DNA from: Trypanosoma brucei
Lineage: Eukaryota
Assembly: GCA_000002445.1 (NCBI GenBank)
Contig: CH464491.1
Location: forward strand, 1,728,001-1,792,000
Length of the DNA stretch: 64,000 nt
Reading direction: 5' to 3'
The position numbers and the translations under genes were made by a program. Positions 31,274 through 41,913 of this stretch are shown here, one piece after another; the stretch's first letter is position 1, and each line of letters starts with the position of its first letter. Under the pieces are notes generated by a model that did no database searches, was not told the DNA's origin, and saw only the letters and a program-made list of their open reading frames with translations.

Positions 31274-32476
31274 TTACTCTTCTCGGTACCCGAACCTCGA
31301 GTCACCTCCCTTTCCCATGAGTATCTTCACTGCTTCCTTCAATGGAACACGATGGCCCTGCAGTTGCGGGGCCCCCTCACCTTCTCTTTTGGTTGCATCT
31401 GACACCTGACGCGCCTCTTCGTTTTCACACTGCCGCTTCTGCTGTTCGCCCATCCTTCTTGCATTAAGCAGTTCTGCGCGCATTGCCCTCCTTGCCTCTT
31501 CATAGTCACGTTGCCTGAGCTCTTCCCGAGCAGCCCGAACAGAGGCCTCCACTTCATCCAACACTCGTAGCGCATACTGCAACTCTCTCTCTGTCGCGCC
31601 GGACTCATCACGAAAGACCAAGGCAGACTCCCCAGACTCCTCCACTAATTTACCCCCCGCATACTCCACAAGCAGCTCCAGCGCCCCTCGCTGCTGCACT
31701 ACACTTTTGTACACCACTCGGTTACGAAGTCGCAACCTACGATATTTCTCCTCCATGGGATGCAAAATCATATTCGTTAACGCGGTGCGGAGAGTTTCAA
31801 TGTTGCTCGCGGAAGTGTAAAGTCCGTCACCCGCGTCGTCTGCAGAAAACTCTTGAGCAATGTAAGAGCGCAGTTCTCCGACAGCCTTTGCCTTCTCACA
31901 CCGCTCGCGTCGCACTTCAAGTCGCAAATTTTGGCGCAACTGCACATAATTTGGCTCGTTGGCTCGTGCATCCTCTTCCCGACGACGTAGGTAACTTATA
32001 GCCTGCAGCGCCTGGTCAAGCAATTGCTGTTGAGGTGCATGTGGAAGCACAAGGCACTCGTCCCCGGGACAGTCAGTTTCATCGTCTGAGGCTACAAAAC
32101 CAAGTGAAGCCAGAAAAGTCGTAGCCCCGGGAACACAAAAGAGCTGAGACTGCAACTTGCTATTGTTGCACCGCAGTCGCCTGTACCTTGCTTCATTGGG
32201 AAACTGCCGGAGGTTCCGAACAACCGTTTCTAGTATATCGTAGGCGCACTGCCGCTGTAATCGCCCGATTACATCTTCACCGAACCCGCTGATGTCTGCC
32301 ACTTGCCTGGGGGGAGCGGTCTGCGGTGGTTGCGGACCCCTGCATTGCTCCGTTTCAATTGGTTGGCCGTGTCGCTTAATGGTGATATCCTTCGCAGCCT
32401 TAAACTCCTCCTCGGTGAGGGCGCCACTCTTGAAGAGGTCTATCAGTTGCAGGAGCTCTCCAGAGAGGGATGACAT
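31274..32476 (-). CDS. PUB (PNGase/UBA- or UBX-containing) domain protein with two PUB-like domains (401 aa from the ATG at 32476)
   Basis: The track ORF starts at 32926 with a TTG and overlaps the stop of the upstream gene. In-frame ATGs are at 32663-32665 (MFSSLHVVRPLFVILFIWASS..., hydrophobic) and 32474-32476 (MSSLSGELLQLIDLF...). The two PUB-like motifs are FPNEARYRRLRCNNSKLQSQLFCVPGATTFLASLGF and MEEKYRRLRLRNRVVYKSVVQQRGALELLVEYAGGKL. Confidence 0.6.
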   Translation of the reverse strand: MSSLSGELLQLIDLFKSGALTEEEFKAAKDITIKRHGQPIETEQCRGPQPPQTAPPRQVADISGFGEDVIGRLQRQCAYDILETVVRNLRQFPNEARYRRLRCNNSKLQSQLFCVPGATTFLASLGFVASDDETDCPGDECLVLPHAPQQQLLDQALQAISYLRRREEDARANEPNYVQLRQNLRLEVRRERCEKAKAVGELRSYIAQEFSADDAGDGLYTSASNIETLRTALTNMILHPMEEKYRRLRLRNRVVYKSVVQQRGALELLVEYAGGKLVEESGESALVFRDESGATERELQYALRVLDEVEASVRAAREELRQRDYEEARRAMRAELLNARRMGEQQKRQCENEEARQVSDATKREGEGAPQLQGHRVPLKEAVKILMGKGGDSRFGYREE

Positions 32477-32865
32477 GATAGGCAGACACACCTTCTTTCT
32501 TTTTTCCTTTTTACTACGTTGAGCTTCTTTTTCCTGACCACACACTCTCTTCACACCTCCTGTTGGGTTGTTCCAGAGCAACGTCGGAAGCCTCAGGAAG
32601 GTGCTGGAAGCCCAAATGAAAAGAATAACAAACAGGGGACGAACAACGTGTAACGAAGAAAACATTAACAGGGACGACAGTCTTGCAAGGCACAACCCTG
32701 TGGCACGGCGGCGTCTAGTGTTCCATCTTTCCCTCTCCCCTCGCTTAAAACCGCTCACGACCTCTTTATCCCCAAGCGCAGACGAAAAAGGGGGGGATCC
32801 TTTCACACGCCTCTTATCAGATTCCAACCCCTTGGCCTCTTCTCGAACCGCTGGCACTTGCCACT

Positions 32866-35800
32866 TCATCCGTTTGAGCTTACCACCTCCACCTCCTGCA
32901 CAGCCTTCAAAAGCATCCAAGAACAAAAGGTCATGGACGACTTGAAGGGAGAAACCTCACGCGAGGACGATGCCGGTTCAAATTCCGTGGTCTGCTGATG
33001 TTCTCCCCGCACACGCCTCATCTGAACCTCACTCTCCAACAGACGCATGGCCGCCTGCATGACAAGGTGTAGCCGCAGGAATGAAAACCCCCTTAACTTT
33101 AGGAGCATGACACCCATCCATTCATCCGCACTGCCGTATGTTCCATCAGGTGAGTGGTGTTCCGCCGCGTGTTCGGTGCCTTCGCCGTCTTCAGGTGCGA
33201 GTCCCGCGATGTCACACTGCTGTGGAAGCTCTACCTCCAGGCGTCTGGGAATACTTTCATCCACAGGTGCCCCGTCTACTTCCACCATTTCCTCTTCGAC
33301 CATTTTTTTGACTTCCACCTCCATGTTCTCCGTCTTCCTTCTAGCTTTCTCCTCTCGGTCATGGTTGTCGTCGCGGCTACCGCTGCTGCCCAGCACGTCT
33401 ATCTCCGCCTCGCGTGGTTGATCACGCTCCACATTTTCAACTGGCGCTTTCTTTTGGCAAGATCGACCACCGCGGTTTGCCGGACGGCGACGTCGTCTCA
33501 TGCCATAATATCTGGGCTTCTTCCTCTGCGTTGGAGTAGCGCCGGTTGTCCCTCTCTGCGGTGTTTTGGGTGGTTCTTGCAGCGCCTTATCAGCGGTAGA
33601 ACATGGCGGCGGGGCACCAGGCATTACAAGGTCCTTGTGTTTCTCGCAGAAAGAGACAACAGCACGATTGATCTTGTAAAGATTGAGCACAGTCAGCTCT
33701 TTAAGCTCGGAAGCGCGTACGCGATACCGTAGATCGAAGGCTGACACTGTGCGGAAAAACGATCTTACATTGTTAACTAACATATCAATGTCATTGTTAT
33801 ATTGCGATAAGCTAGTATACTCCTCGTTTTCAAGTTTCATCATCACATCCGAAAGACTAATCTGTCTTCCATTTGTGTGTTGTTGCCAGTGGTTGTAAAG
33901 GTCATGGGTCGGGGTCAGGTCGAGGTTCCGACTGACGAACACAGAAAACTTTTTGTTGTTTATATACTGTCCCACCCACTTTGTAAGTACGTGACGCAAC
34001 TGGCGCCTGCGAAAATCCACACGACGCCACAAGTCCACTTCATCAAGCCACGCCGCACGCACTTGTTTTGGCGATAGCGGAGGTGGTGGCGACAGATCTT
34101 CGGGAAGCTCTTGTAAATTAATGGGCGCGGATGTTTTTAGCGCAAGGTCCACCACACGGAGAAGATAACTCAAGAAGCGACGTAGGTCATCATCCGACGG
34201 CGTGCACGGCACCTCGCACACAGCCGTACGCAACTGTATACTAAGGCGATTGCCGGCAAAGAAGGTGGAGGACACATCGCGTCGAACAGTGGGTGCAATA
34301 ATGAGTGCATCCGTGTCGCGCAGGCAGTTTAGGTAGTAGCAAAGGTTATCCACATCGTTTGAGCGCCCGATGCCGCATTTGTTCCCACATCCGAAACTTG
34401 CGTCGACCTCGGGGGCGTGATCGGCCAGCCACTCCTCCAAGCCTTTCAGAATCACCAGCGAGGGGCCGCTGCAGCGCCTCACAGCCGCGATGCAACTATA
34501 AATGTGGCCTGTGTCGAAACGATTGCTGTCTCTGAGATCGTCTCCTCCCTCACCGCAGGTGAGGTTACCACTGAGTGGGCCAAGGTCGCCCGTGGTTCGA
34601 ACACCTAACAACCCCGAAGCGTCACGGTCCACCACGAGATGCGGAAGATAAAGCGTGAAAGCTCGAATCGACGGCAGTCCCTTCGTAAGAGCAATAGCTG
34701 CCTTCTGTACGGCAAACTCAGAGTCCTCACGGTCCGTTGCACAACCGACAGCTTCCGTTGTGAGAAAAAGCAGAAAGGGGTGCGCCACGTTACTTATTGG
34801 AAAACTGCTCAGCTCCCGTACTGCATCAGCGGAGTTGCTACAGTCTCTCTTCTCCTTTGCAAGGGCAGTCGAAGCACTCGGCCACCTCGCTGCGACAAAT
34901 GACAATAACTTGCATCGCGTACTGTTGAGCAGATGCTCAAGATGCTCATCAAGACCATCGCCTACAGCAGTCGTCACGCGTCTTGCGGAATTTTTCACCC
35001 GGTGCGCGGCGATAAAAAAATCTTCCCGCTGAACAATCAAAGCACCTTCGGGGATTTGTAACTTCTTGCTGGTGGTGTAGATCTGTGGCAGTGCCGTGCG
35101 CAACCGATTCAGACCTGCCTCCGTACACACCGCCTGTATCTCAGCCCCTGTCCATCCTGCGCACCGGTCGGTGAGCTCCTGCAGAATCTCCTCCCGATCA
35201 AGGCGGTCAGCGGGCAGCATAGGTTTCGTCACAATATCGAGGATATGCCGCCTGGCGGCTCCATCGGGTAGGGGAAAGTACAGTTCACGATCGAAGCGCC
35301 CGGGGCGTCGAAGTGCAGGGTCGATTGTGTCCGGCCGGTTGGTAGCGCCAATCACGACAACTCGGCCACGGTCATCGAGGCCGTCAATGAGCGCCAGCAG
35401 AGTAGCGACAAGGGCAGCTTGCGATTGCTCTGCCTTTGCGTGCCTTACGGGAACGAGGCCGTCCAACTCGTCGAAGAATATTATGCTTGGTTGCTGGCGC
35501 TTGGCCTCCTCAAACAGAAGAATTAGCTGCCGCTCTGCTTCTCCAACCCATTTGGAAAGGATATCAGCTCCCTTACGCATGAAAAATGTTATTTTTTGGT
35601 TGGCATGGAGCATACCCTCATTGGCGAGCGCTCGCGCCATGAGAGTTTTCCCCGTTCCCGGTGGGCCAACAAAGAGCACACCTCGTGGAGGGGAGAGACT
35701 CATCGCCTGCAACATTCCTGGGTACATCAGTGGTAACAGAACCATTTCACGTAACAACACAATGTGTCCAGAAAGACCTCCAACCTTCTCAAAAGTAACA

Positions 35801-36681
35801 GATGTGTCAAGATTCAGTGGTGTGATATCCCCAAGTGCATTGTTATTGCCCTCTTTTGAGAGACCCGGTTCGCGGCGGTGGGCGGCATCGTCAGCCCCAC
35901 TCAATCCCAACAAAACATCTTCTGTACGGCGCTGACGGCTTCCGCGCGATGCCCCGAACAACCCCTTCTTGTCTTCCAGTGAGGTTTCCTTTATTTCGGC
36001 GCTGAGGTAGTGATTGATGGGTTTGTTCTTGCTTACGCACACCTTAGCGTTTTTCTTCGCCCGCTGCACCTCACAGTCGCTCAGTGGTTCTTCCGAGGAT
36101 AGGTCCAAGGACGAGTGCTCGAATAATAAACCTCCAGCCTCCTCTTCGGGTGAGCCCCGACGAAGAGACTCATCTGTGATGGAAGAGTCAACGGACTCGT
36201 CGCGATCCCGTTTGCGTGTCACAACTTTACCCGGAGTACCATTACACCTGAATCTGCCATGCGGCACCTTCCGAGTGGGGGTTCCATCCGTATGCATAGC
36301 ACATCTGTCGTTGCCGTCGCTGTCATCCGATGACTCGGACGGTCCCGCCCCACTCCCATCAAGCAACTCCAGTGTGTCACTCAGTTTGGTCACCGCCCGC
36401 TTGGCCGCATCCCTCTCGGGATAGCGAGTGTTGATTTGGAGTTCCTGTACAGCAGGCTGTTTAGACCGCCGTGTCAGCGCCTCAGAGACATACAGAGAGT
36501 CATATGTTGGGGCCGCCGGTCGCGGAATACGGCAACCGCGCCCAAGAGGTTCTTCCCGTGGCGGGGTTTGGGGTGCATTGGTTATGAAGTTAGAAAATTT
36601 GTTGGCATTAGTAGTGTGTGGGCCGGCGTCACCAGTGTGGAGTTGTGCGCTTAATTTCGTTTGGGAGCGGGTCACAACCAT
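32866..36681 (-). CDS. AAA+ ATPase with C-terminal bromodomain (ATAD2/Yta7-like), 1271 aa
   Basis: ATG confirmed. The AAA features are Walker A GPPGTGKT, Walker B IIFFDELD, and a second region GATNRPDTIDPALRRPGRFDRELYF. The C-terminal bromodomain-like segment is ISLSDVMMKLENEEYTSLSQYNNDIDMLVNNVRSFF. The N-terminus is acidic and Ser-rich. Confidence 0.8.
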   Translation of the reverse strand: MVVTRSQTKLSAQLHTGDAGPHTTNANKFSNFITNAPQTPPREEPLGRGCRIPRPAAPTYDSLYVSEALTRRSKQPAVQELQINTRYPERDAAKRAVTKLSDTLELLDGSGAGPSESSDDSDGNDRCAMHTDGTPTRKVPHGRFRCNGTPGKVVTRKRDRDESVDSSITDESLRRGSPEEEAGGLLFEHSSLDLSSEEPLSDCEVQRAKKNAKVCVSKNKPINHYLSAEIKETSLEDKKGLFGASRGSRQRRTEDVLLGLSGADDAAHRREPGLSKEGNNNALGDITPLNLDTSVTFEKVGGLSGHIVLLREMVLLPLMYPGMLQAMSLSPPRGVLFVGPPGTGKTLMARALANEGMLHANQKITFFMRKGADILSKWVGEAERQLILLFEEAKRQQPSIIFFDELDGLVPVRHAKAEQSQAALVATLLALIDGLDDRGRVVVIGATNRPDTIDPALRRPGRFDRELYFPLPDGAARRHILDIVTKPMLPADRLDREEILQELTDRCAGWTGAEIQAVCTEAGLNRLRTALPQIYTTSKKLQIPEGALIVQREDFFIAAHRVKNSARRVTTAVGDGLDEHLEHLLNSTRCKLLSFVAARWPSASTALAKEKRDCSNSADAVRELSSFPISNVAHPFLLFLTTEAVGCATDREDSEFAVQKAAIALTKGLPSIRAFTLYLPHLVVDRDASGLLGVRTTGDLGPLSGNLTCGEGGDDLRDSNRFDTGHIYSCIAAVRRCSGPSLVILKGLEEWLADHAPEVDASFGCGNKCGIGRSNDVDNLCYYLNCLRDTDALIIAPTVRRDVSSTFFAGNRLSIQLRTAVCEVPCTPSDDDLRRFLSYLLRVVDLALKTSAPINLQELPEDLSPPPPLSPKQVRAAWLDEVDLWRRVDFRRRQLRHVLTKWVGQYINNKKFSVFVSRNLDLTPTHDLYNHWQQHTNGRQISLSDVMMKLENEEYTSLSQYNNDIDMLVNNVRSFFRTVSAFDLRYRVRASELKELTVLNLYKINRAVVSFCEKHKDLVMPGAPPPCSTADKALQEPPKTPQRGTTGATPTQRKKPRYYGMRRRRRPANRGGRSCQKKAPVENVERDQPREAEIDVLGSSGSRDDNHDREEKARRKTENMEVEVKKMVEEEMVEVDGAPVDESIPRRLEVELPQQCDIAGLAPEDGEGTEHAAEHHSPDGTYGSADEWMGVMLLKLRGFSFLRLHLVMQAAMRLLESEVQMRRVRGEHQQTTEFEPASSSREVSPFKSSMTFCSWMLLKAVQEVEVVSSNG

Positions 36682-37327
36682 TCCCCCCCCTCAGGCCCGT
36701 CACGTAGCCCAGAGCAGTCAGAGAAAGTGAAGACTTTGCCTCCCTCTACTACAGTGCTACAAGGAAAGTGCATGATGTACGGAAGAAAACAAACGAATAG
36801 TAAAAGGAGGAAGAAACAAAGTTATAGTGTCAGTACAGGCACCGAAAACGCTGTGAGAATGGGGGAAGTTTTGAGGGTGAAAGCGTGAAGGGAGATACCG
36901 AAAAACTAAGCGAACACTAAGGGAAAAGAGAAGTCAACTTCACCACCACAATAACACTGGTTGAAGCGACTTGCAAGCACCGTGCTTTGCATACCACAAA
37001 CTGAAAGAAAGCACGACTCACTACCACACGAATTAAGTTGTTCAGAAACTAGGGATTTCAGCGGATACACCCTTTTTCCCGATACCACTCAACTACTGTT
37101 GTTGCTGTCTGTCGCTTCGTAGTGTGATGTTATTGCACAGCGGTGCCCCTTTGGAATCGCTTTGACTCCACCGGTGGTTCCTCCCCGTTTGTTTACCTGA
37201 TATTAACACACAATTATGATAATATATAAATGTATTCATACATTTATGCGTACTACAGAAAGGGGAAACGTGCGAAATTAACTAAAGAGGTGATCATTAT
37301 TGGTGGATCCTTAACCACACGCTCCCT

Positions 37328-37903
37328 TCAGTGACGACTCTTCACGGAAGTATTTGTGGGGGCACCGGCGGCCCTCTCCATCTCCCGCCGCTTCTGCGCT
37401 CGCTTACGTGCGGCCTCGCGTCGCTGCTGCTTCTTCACTTCTGCCTCCTGCTGCACCGCCACAAGATCATCACGCGCCTTGTGTTTAACCTCCGTGTCCT
37501 CAATCCAATCAATGTTGTGCTTAAGTGCAGACGCGGCGTCACGGCGCTCTTGCAGGTGTGCCCTCTCCATACGCCGCTCCCAAAGCGCCTCTTGTCGACT
37601 CTGCTTAATGCGCTCCACACGTTTCATAACCTTCAAGGTGTTATGAAGCAGCTCCCGGTTATACTTAACGGGGACGTGGCGACGCTGCTCAAAGTCCATC
37701 GTGCTATCTACGGCAAGTTCCTTGCCATTGGCTTTACGAAACGTCTTGGTCCATTTGAGCTTCATTGGGTTACGCTTCATACCAAAGTTCTTTCGGCACT
37801 TGGAGGCGCAGAAACGAAATATTTTACAATCATTGCGCACAAACATCTGACCATGACCGGGGTATATCGGTGCACCGCAGAATGAACACTGCTCAATCCT
37901 CAT
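37328..37903 (-). CDS. RLP24: ribosome biogenesis protein RLP24 (L24e-like TRASH domain with extended basic C-terminal tail), 191 aa
   Basis: ATG confirmed. [46 protein letters not shown] is near-identical in pattern to eukaryotic RLP24 ([38 protein letters not shown]). The long Lys/Arg/Glu-rich tail distinguishes it from cytosolic eL24. Confidence 0.85.
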   Translation of the reverse strand: MRIEQCSFCGAPIYPGHGQMFVRNDCKIFRFCASKCRKNFGMKRNPMKLKWTKTFRKANGKELAVDSTMDFEQRRHVPVKYNRELLHNTLKVMKRVERIKQSRQEALWERRMERAHLQERRDAASALKHNIDWIEDTEVKHKARDDLVAVQQEAEVKKQQRREAARKRAQKRREMERAAGAPTNTSVKSRH

Positions 37904-38707
37904 TGTAAAATCTACTTGCTACCACTAAGACTCCCTCTTTTCCTTTTTCGTTTCTTTTTAGCCTCCTCTCCCTTTCTTTCCAGCTACGCGCTACACGTGG
38001 TAAGGGGATAAAAGTAAAGGAAGAAAAAGACAGAGTTGGGATAAACATGAAAACACGTTCCTCTTAGTTGTGATAAAGGCAGCGGTGACTGAAGATGCAA
38101 AGATTACCCATATATGGATGTGTATTTCGATATACATGCGTACATGAAGTAGCTATTCTTTTTTTTTCAATACAACGGCGACCCAACAACAGTTTGTGCG
38201 TGCACAAAAGGAATGGAAAGCTTCTTTTTTAAAAAAATCTCCCCTGATGTGGAAAGAAAAGGTACCACAACTGAAGCGGAAGCCAGTGAGGAAAAAAAAG
38301 GAAACAGAGTACACGTAACCACGCGTTTTGCCTTCCTCTAGCTTCTAAGTCGGTGTGTAAACCATTAAATAATTCTAATCCAAGAGATGCAACGCCATTT
38401 GCTACACGACAAACTCAAGTAGTTTGGCCTTTCCTGACGATTTAATTTCTATTAAATGGCTCTCGGGAAATGGGAAAAGAAAACAGCTGCTTGAAGACCA
38501 TGTTCTTCTTCATTCTTTCTTTTGTCTTTTTTTTTTACTTTTTCTTCCACATCCGGAAAGTAAAAAAAAAAAGAAAAATACTCACAAATACAAGTACGAA
38601 TACATCCATCATCCCAAACGGTAGCAGCCACCTCTCGTGTACATGTCAAAATTTAAGTAAATGAAAAAGAAAGGAACACGTAGGGCGACCGGAACACGCG
38701 GTTGTTG

Positions 38708-41347
38708 TTAAACCTGAGGAGCCATCAGTGCGTTCAACAGCAGGCACTGCTTTATTTCCTCCACGGTCCTTCCACCCACATCCGCGCCGGCATCCCCATC
38801 AGCACTTTCCTCACTCTTCATGGCTGACCGCTGCAGGTCGCAGTTAATATCAAGCAGTGAAGGACACTGATGTACCGTCTCATGCATTAATTTCAGAAGT
38901 GGAATCTGCTGCTGCTGGCGGTCAGTTGGCGCATCCAGTGCCGCATCACGACCCACAGGAAATATGACGCCACCACTCGTGGTGGTGGCCGGGTATGTAG
39001 AGGATATGTAAAATACCTCAATTCCACTTTTTTGGGGCAGTGCCCGCACCATGTTGTTGATATCACACTGCTTGATCTCGTGATTTCCGCACAAGTTTAT
39101 GCGACGCAATTTCCCCTTGCTTCCGTGGTCCTCGCAGAGCCTTGCGAGAATTGGCCCATGCACATCCTCAAAGTCATTAAAGCTCAGATTGACATCTTCA
39201 AGCGAAGGATGATTGTTGAAGACGTCCACCAGTCTTTCCACATTTTTCATCTGCGCCTGCGGGTCCTCGCAGTACTGAGGTTTGCGCGAACCCAACAAGT
39301 TGTGGGAAAGATCTAACTCCGCCAAATATGTGTTGCTTGAGACACCAGGAACTACCACAGAGGCGTCTGTAATGGCATTGTGCGCCAAAGTAAGCCGCTG
39401 TAATACGGGTGAACTAATCATTAGGTGGGTTAGAGCGTCAACAGCATTATCGATATTGTTGCGTGAGAGATTCACATCAACAAGTGATATTGGCATCGAC
39501 GCAGCGGATGGAAACAAGACATTCAGACCCGATGATCGGATGTTGTTGTTAGCAAGATTCAGAACGCGTAGTGTGGGACGCCTGTTACACATGGCAGTAC
39601 TATAGAGCGCGGCAGCAACAAATCCCAACGCTGTCGTATCATGCGGTGCCGCAACGTCCCCACAAATGTCATTGCTCTCAAGATCTAGTTCCTCCAGCGA
39701 GGATACAGTTGCAATGGTACTCAACAGGGCAGAAGCTAAGGTTGTTCCTAGGTAATTCCCGGCAACTGACAACCGGCGCAGCCTGCCATTTTCCCTCAAC
39801 GCTGCAGCCGTCGCTTGCATAGCCGCTAGAGCCATTTTTTGTTGGGCCTTGCTTGTTTTCTTCCCAGCGAGTTGGTTCCGACGTAATATAAGCGTGTTAA
39901 GGACAGTTTTTTGAGACGACAGCAGCACCTTCGAAATGTAGTGCAGGCCATGAAAGCCTATGCCGTTATCCGTAAGGTCGAGGACCTCAACGGAATGGTT
40001 TTCGGCAAGTGCTGTGGCGACCATATGAGCCCCTACAGGGCCTAACAGGTTACCTGAAAGATCCAACACACGTAACCTGTGGTAATGCCGGAGTGGGCCC
40101 ATAAGGTGCCAAAGCGGCAAGTCTTGCCAGCTCTCAACGTCTACAGTGGTTGCGTCATTTTCAGGGTCTAGCTCATTCACTTCGACAGGTGGCGCTTCCT
40201 CACCTTCCCCACCACTGTGGATATCGTTGTGAGCTAGCCTCAAGCAGCGCAAAAATTTGTTCTTCTTAAGCACCTCACTGATCGCCTCCAAACCGCTGTA
40301 TTCTTCACCAAAGACGGGATCATCAGGCTGATGCTCCGGGTCCTCATCGGTGTCTGGTGAAGGGGTCCCCAACTGATTATCAGAAAGGTCCAGCGCTACG
40401 ATGGAAATGTTTTTCGTGAGAGCTTTGGCGATTACACCAAATCCAAACGGCCCCAACATGTTACTGCTAAGGTCCAGTACTTTAATGGTTTCATTGGCGT
40501 CGATAACCTTCGCCAGCATACGCAACGGAACGAGAGAGACACGTTCGTCCTCGTTGGGTGCGCACAGTTGATTGTGGTCAAGCAGCAGCACCCGAATCTT
40601 TGTGTCATTCATGAGTATTTTACATATGTTGCGAAACGCGTCTAGTTCATACGCGGCCCGCTGGCGGATTGCGTCGTCGTAGGTTGTGTATTGCACCTCC
40701 TGACTTTGGCACCAAGCCATCAGCTCCTCATTGATGGAGTAATCAGTTTCGTCTTCCATTTCTTCTTCCTCTGTATCCTCTGTGCCATCATCACTACCCT
40801 TAGCAGGTTTCGGCGCCGGGAGTGGGAATCGTTGCATTAACTCATTTATCTTCGCCACCACTGTCGATGGTGGAGCCTCGGCATGGTTGTGTGGCATGAC
40901 GGCCCCGTCACCTAGGTTAAGACAAGTAACATTGGAGTTGTAAAGAGTCATGAGTCGCTCAAGTCTTTGTACATCATCAAAGGTCATGACGGGGTGTGGC
41001 TTAAGGTGATGTATATAGGGCAAAACCACCCGCAGCGCCTCCAGCTGACCTTCATCTGGCAAAGCAACCGGCACCTGAAGGCCGTAACCCGCAACGGCAG
41101 CAGCGTCAGCACCGCTGATGGAGGAAAGCACCTCCCGCATTGCGCGCTCAGCAGTGGATGGTATAACCCACTTTGCAGGCGGAAGTGCGAGCGGGATGCT
41201 ATTAGGGTTGATGGGCTGGTTGCTAGAAACATGAGCCCTAATTGTAGCGCCGTGTAGTGCTCGCGCAAGTTGTGCTGCTCTAATCGCAGCGTAGAGGCCT
41301 TCATCGCCGGCGAATCGGGACTCGCCCGTCGGCGTCACAAACAGCAT
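38708..41347 (-). CDS. leucine-rich repeat protein, ribonuclease-inhibitor-type LRRs (879 aa)
   Basis: ATG confirmed. It has multiple RI-type LRR units: LDLSDNQLG, LDLSGNLLGPVGAHMVATALAENHSVEVLDLTDNGIGFHG, LNLANNNIRSSG and LTLAHNAITD. There is a non-LRR N-terminal region of about 250 aa and a central acidic stretch. Confidence 0.75.
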   Translation of the reverse strand: MLFVTPTGESRFAGDEGLYAAIRAAQLARALHGATIRAHVSSNQPINPNSIPLALPPAKWVIPSTAERAMREVLSSISGADAAAVAGYGLQVPVALPDEGQLEALRVVLPYIHHLKPHPVMTFDDVQRLERLMTLYNSNVTCLNLGDGAVMPHNHAEAPPSTVVAKINELMQRFPLPAPKPAKGSDDGTEDTEEEEMEDETDYSINEELMAWCQSQEVQYTTYDDAIRQRAAYELDAFRNICKILMNDTKIRVLLLDHNQLCAPNEDERVSLVPLRMLAKVIDANETIKVLDLSSNMLGPFGFGVIAKALTKNISIVALDLSDNQLGTPSPDTDEDPEHQPDDPVFGEEYSGLEAISEVLKKNKFLRCLRLAHNDIHSGGEGEEAPPVEVNELDPENDATTVDVESWQDLPLWHLMGPLRHYHRLRVLDLSGNLLGPVGAHMVATALAENHSVEVLDLTDNGIGFHGLHYISKVLLSSQKTVLNTLILRRNQLAGKKTSKAQQKMALAAMQATAAALRENGRLRRLSVAGNYLGTTLASALLSTIATVSSLEELDLESNDICGDVAAPHDTTALGFVAAALYSTAMCNRRPTLRVLNLANNNIRSSGLNVLFPSAASMPISLVDVNLSRNNIDNAVDALTHLMISSPVLQRLTLAHNAITDASVVVPGVSSNTYLAELDLSHNLLGSRKPQYCEDPQAQMKNVERLVDVFNNHPSLEDVNLSFNDFEDVHGPILARLCEDHGSKGKLRRINLCGNHEIKQCDINNMVRALPQKSGIEVFYISSTYPATTTSGGVIFPVGRDAALDAPTDRQQQQIPLLKLMHETVHQCPSLLDINCDLQRSAMKSEESADGDAGADVGGRTVEEIKQCLLLNALMAPQV

Positions 41348-41913
41348 TAGGTGCGGATGAGCTGCCTTGCTGTATCTAAAAAGGTTATTTGTCAGTATGT
41401 ATGTTCTTTCCCTCTGCTACTTGAGAGAACAAGGCCACTGTTTTCACTTCCCTATGAAGCGCTTGGTGGCGGGTAAGGAAATGGTGACAAGTACGTAGTT
41501 CACTAACGGGAGATACGAAGGGGAGAAAGAAAAGATATAAGAAACAGGTAAGGCACTGATGGGAAGGAATTTGGCACTCAAATGAGACAGAAAACAAAAG
41601 GATCAAATCGAAGAGGAAAAAAAAAACAGGAACAAAGCCATCGAAACCAACGACACCGGTAAATAGGAGTCGTTTGTTGAGTTGAACGTTTTCCACCACT
41701 GGGGGTAAATATATAACTGTGTTAATTTTTCTAAATGCACAAACTGAACTGGTGCTTAACTCACATAGCGTCACTCGCCTTCAAGCATCCCTACCCGTTC
41801 CCGTTACTCGATAACGAGTGAAAACGCATTTAACAATTAGATGCCCAGTCGCATACTAATTCTCAGCTCCACCAATGAGATGGAAACAAATACACGACGG
41901 AAACAAGCATCCT

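Noticed and set aside
35096-35935. 279-codon plus-strand ORF (Ser/Arg-rich) and other plus-strand ORFs of 170-280 codons, for example 61392..62225, 29982..30503, 30083..30700 and 55206..55832
   Set aside because: All lie antisense to well-supported minus-strand genes or their ends. They have low-complexity Ser/Arg/Pro-rich translations typical of antisense frames of GC-rich coding DNA, and no real gene is found on the plus strand anywhere in the window.
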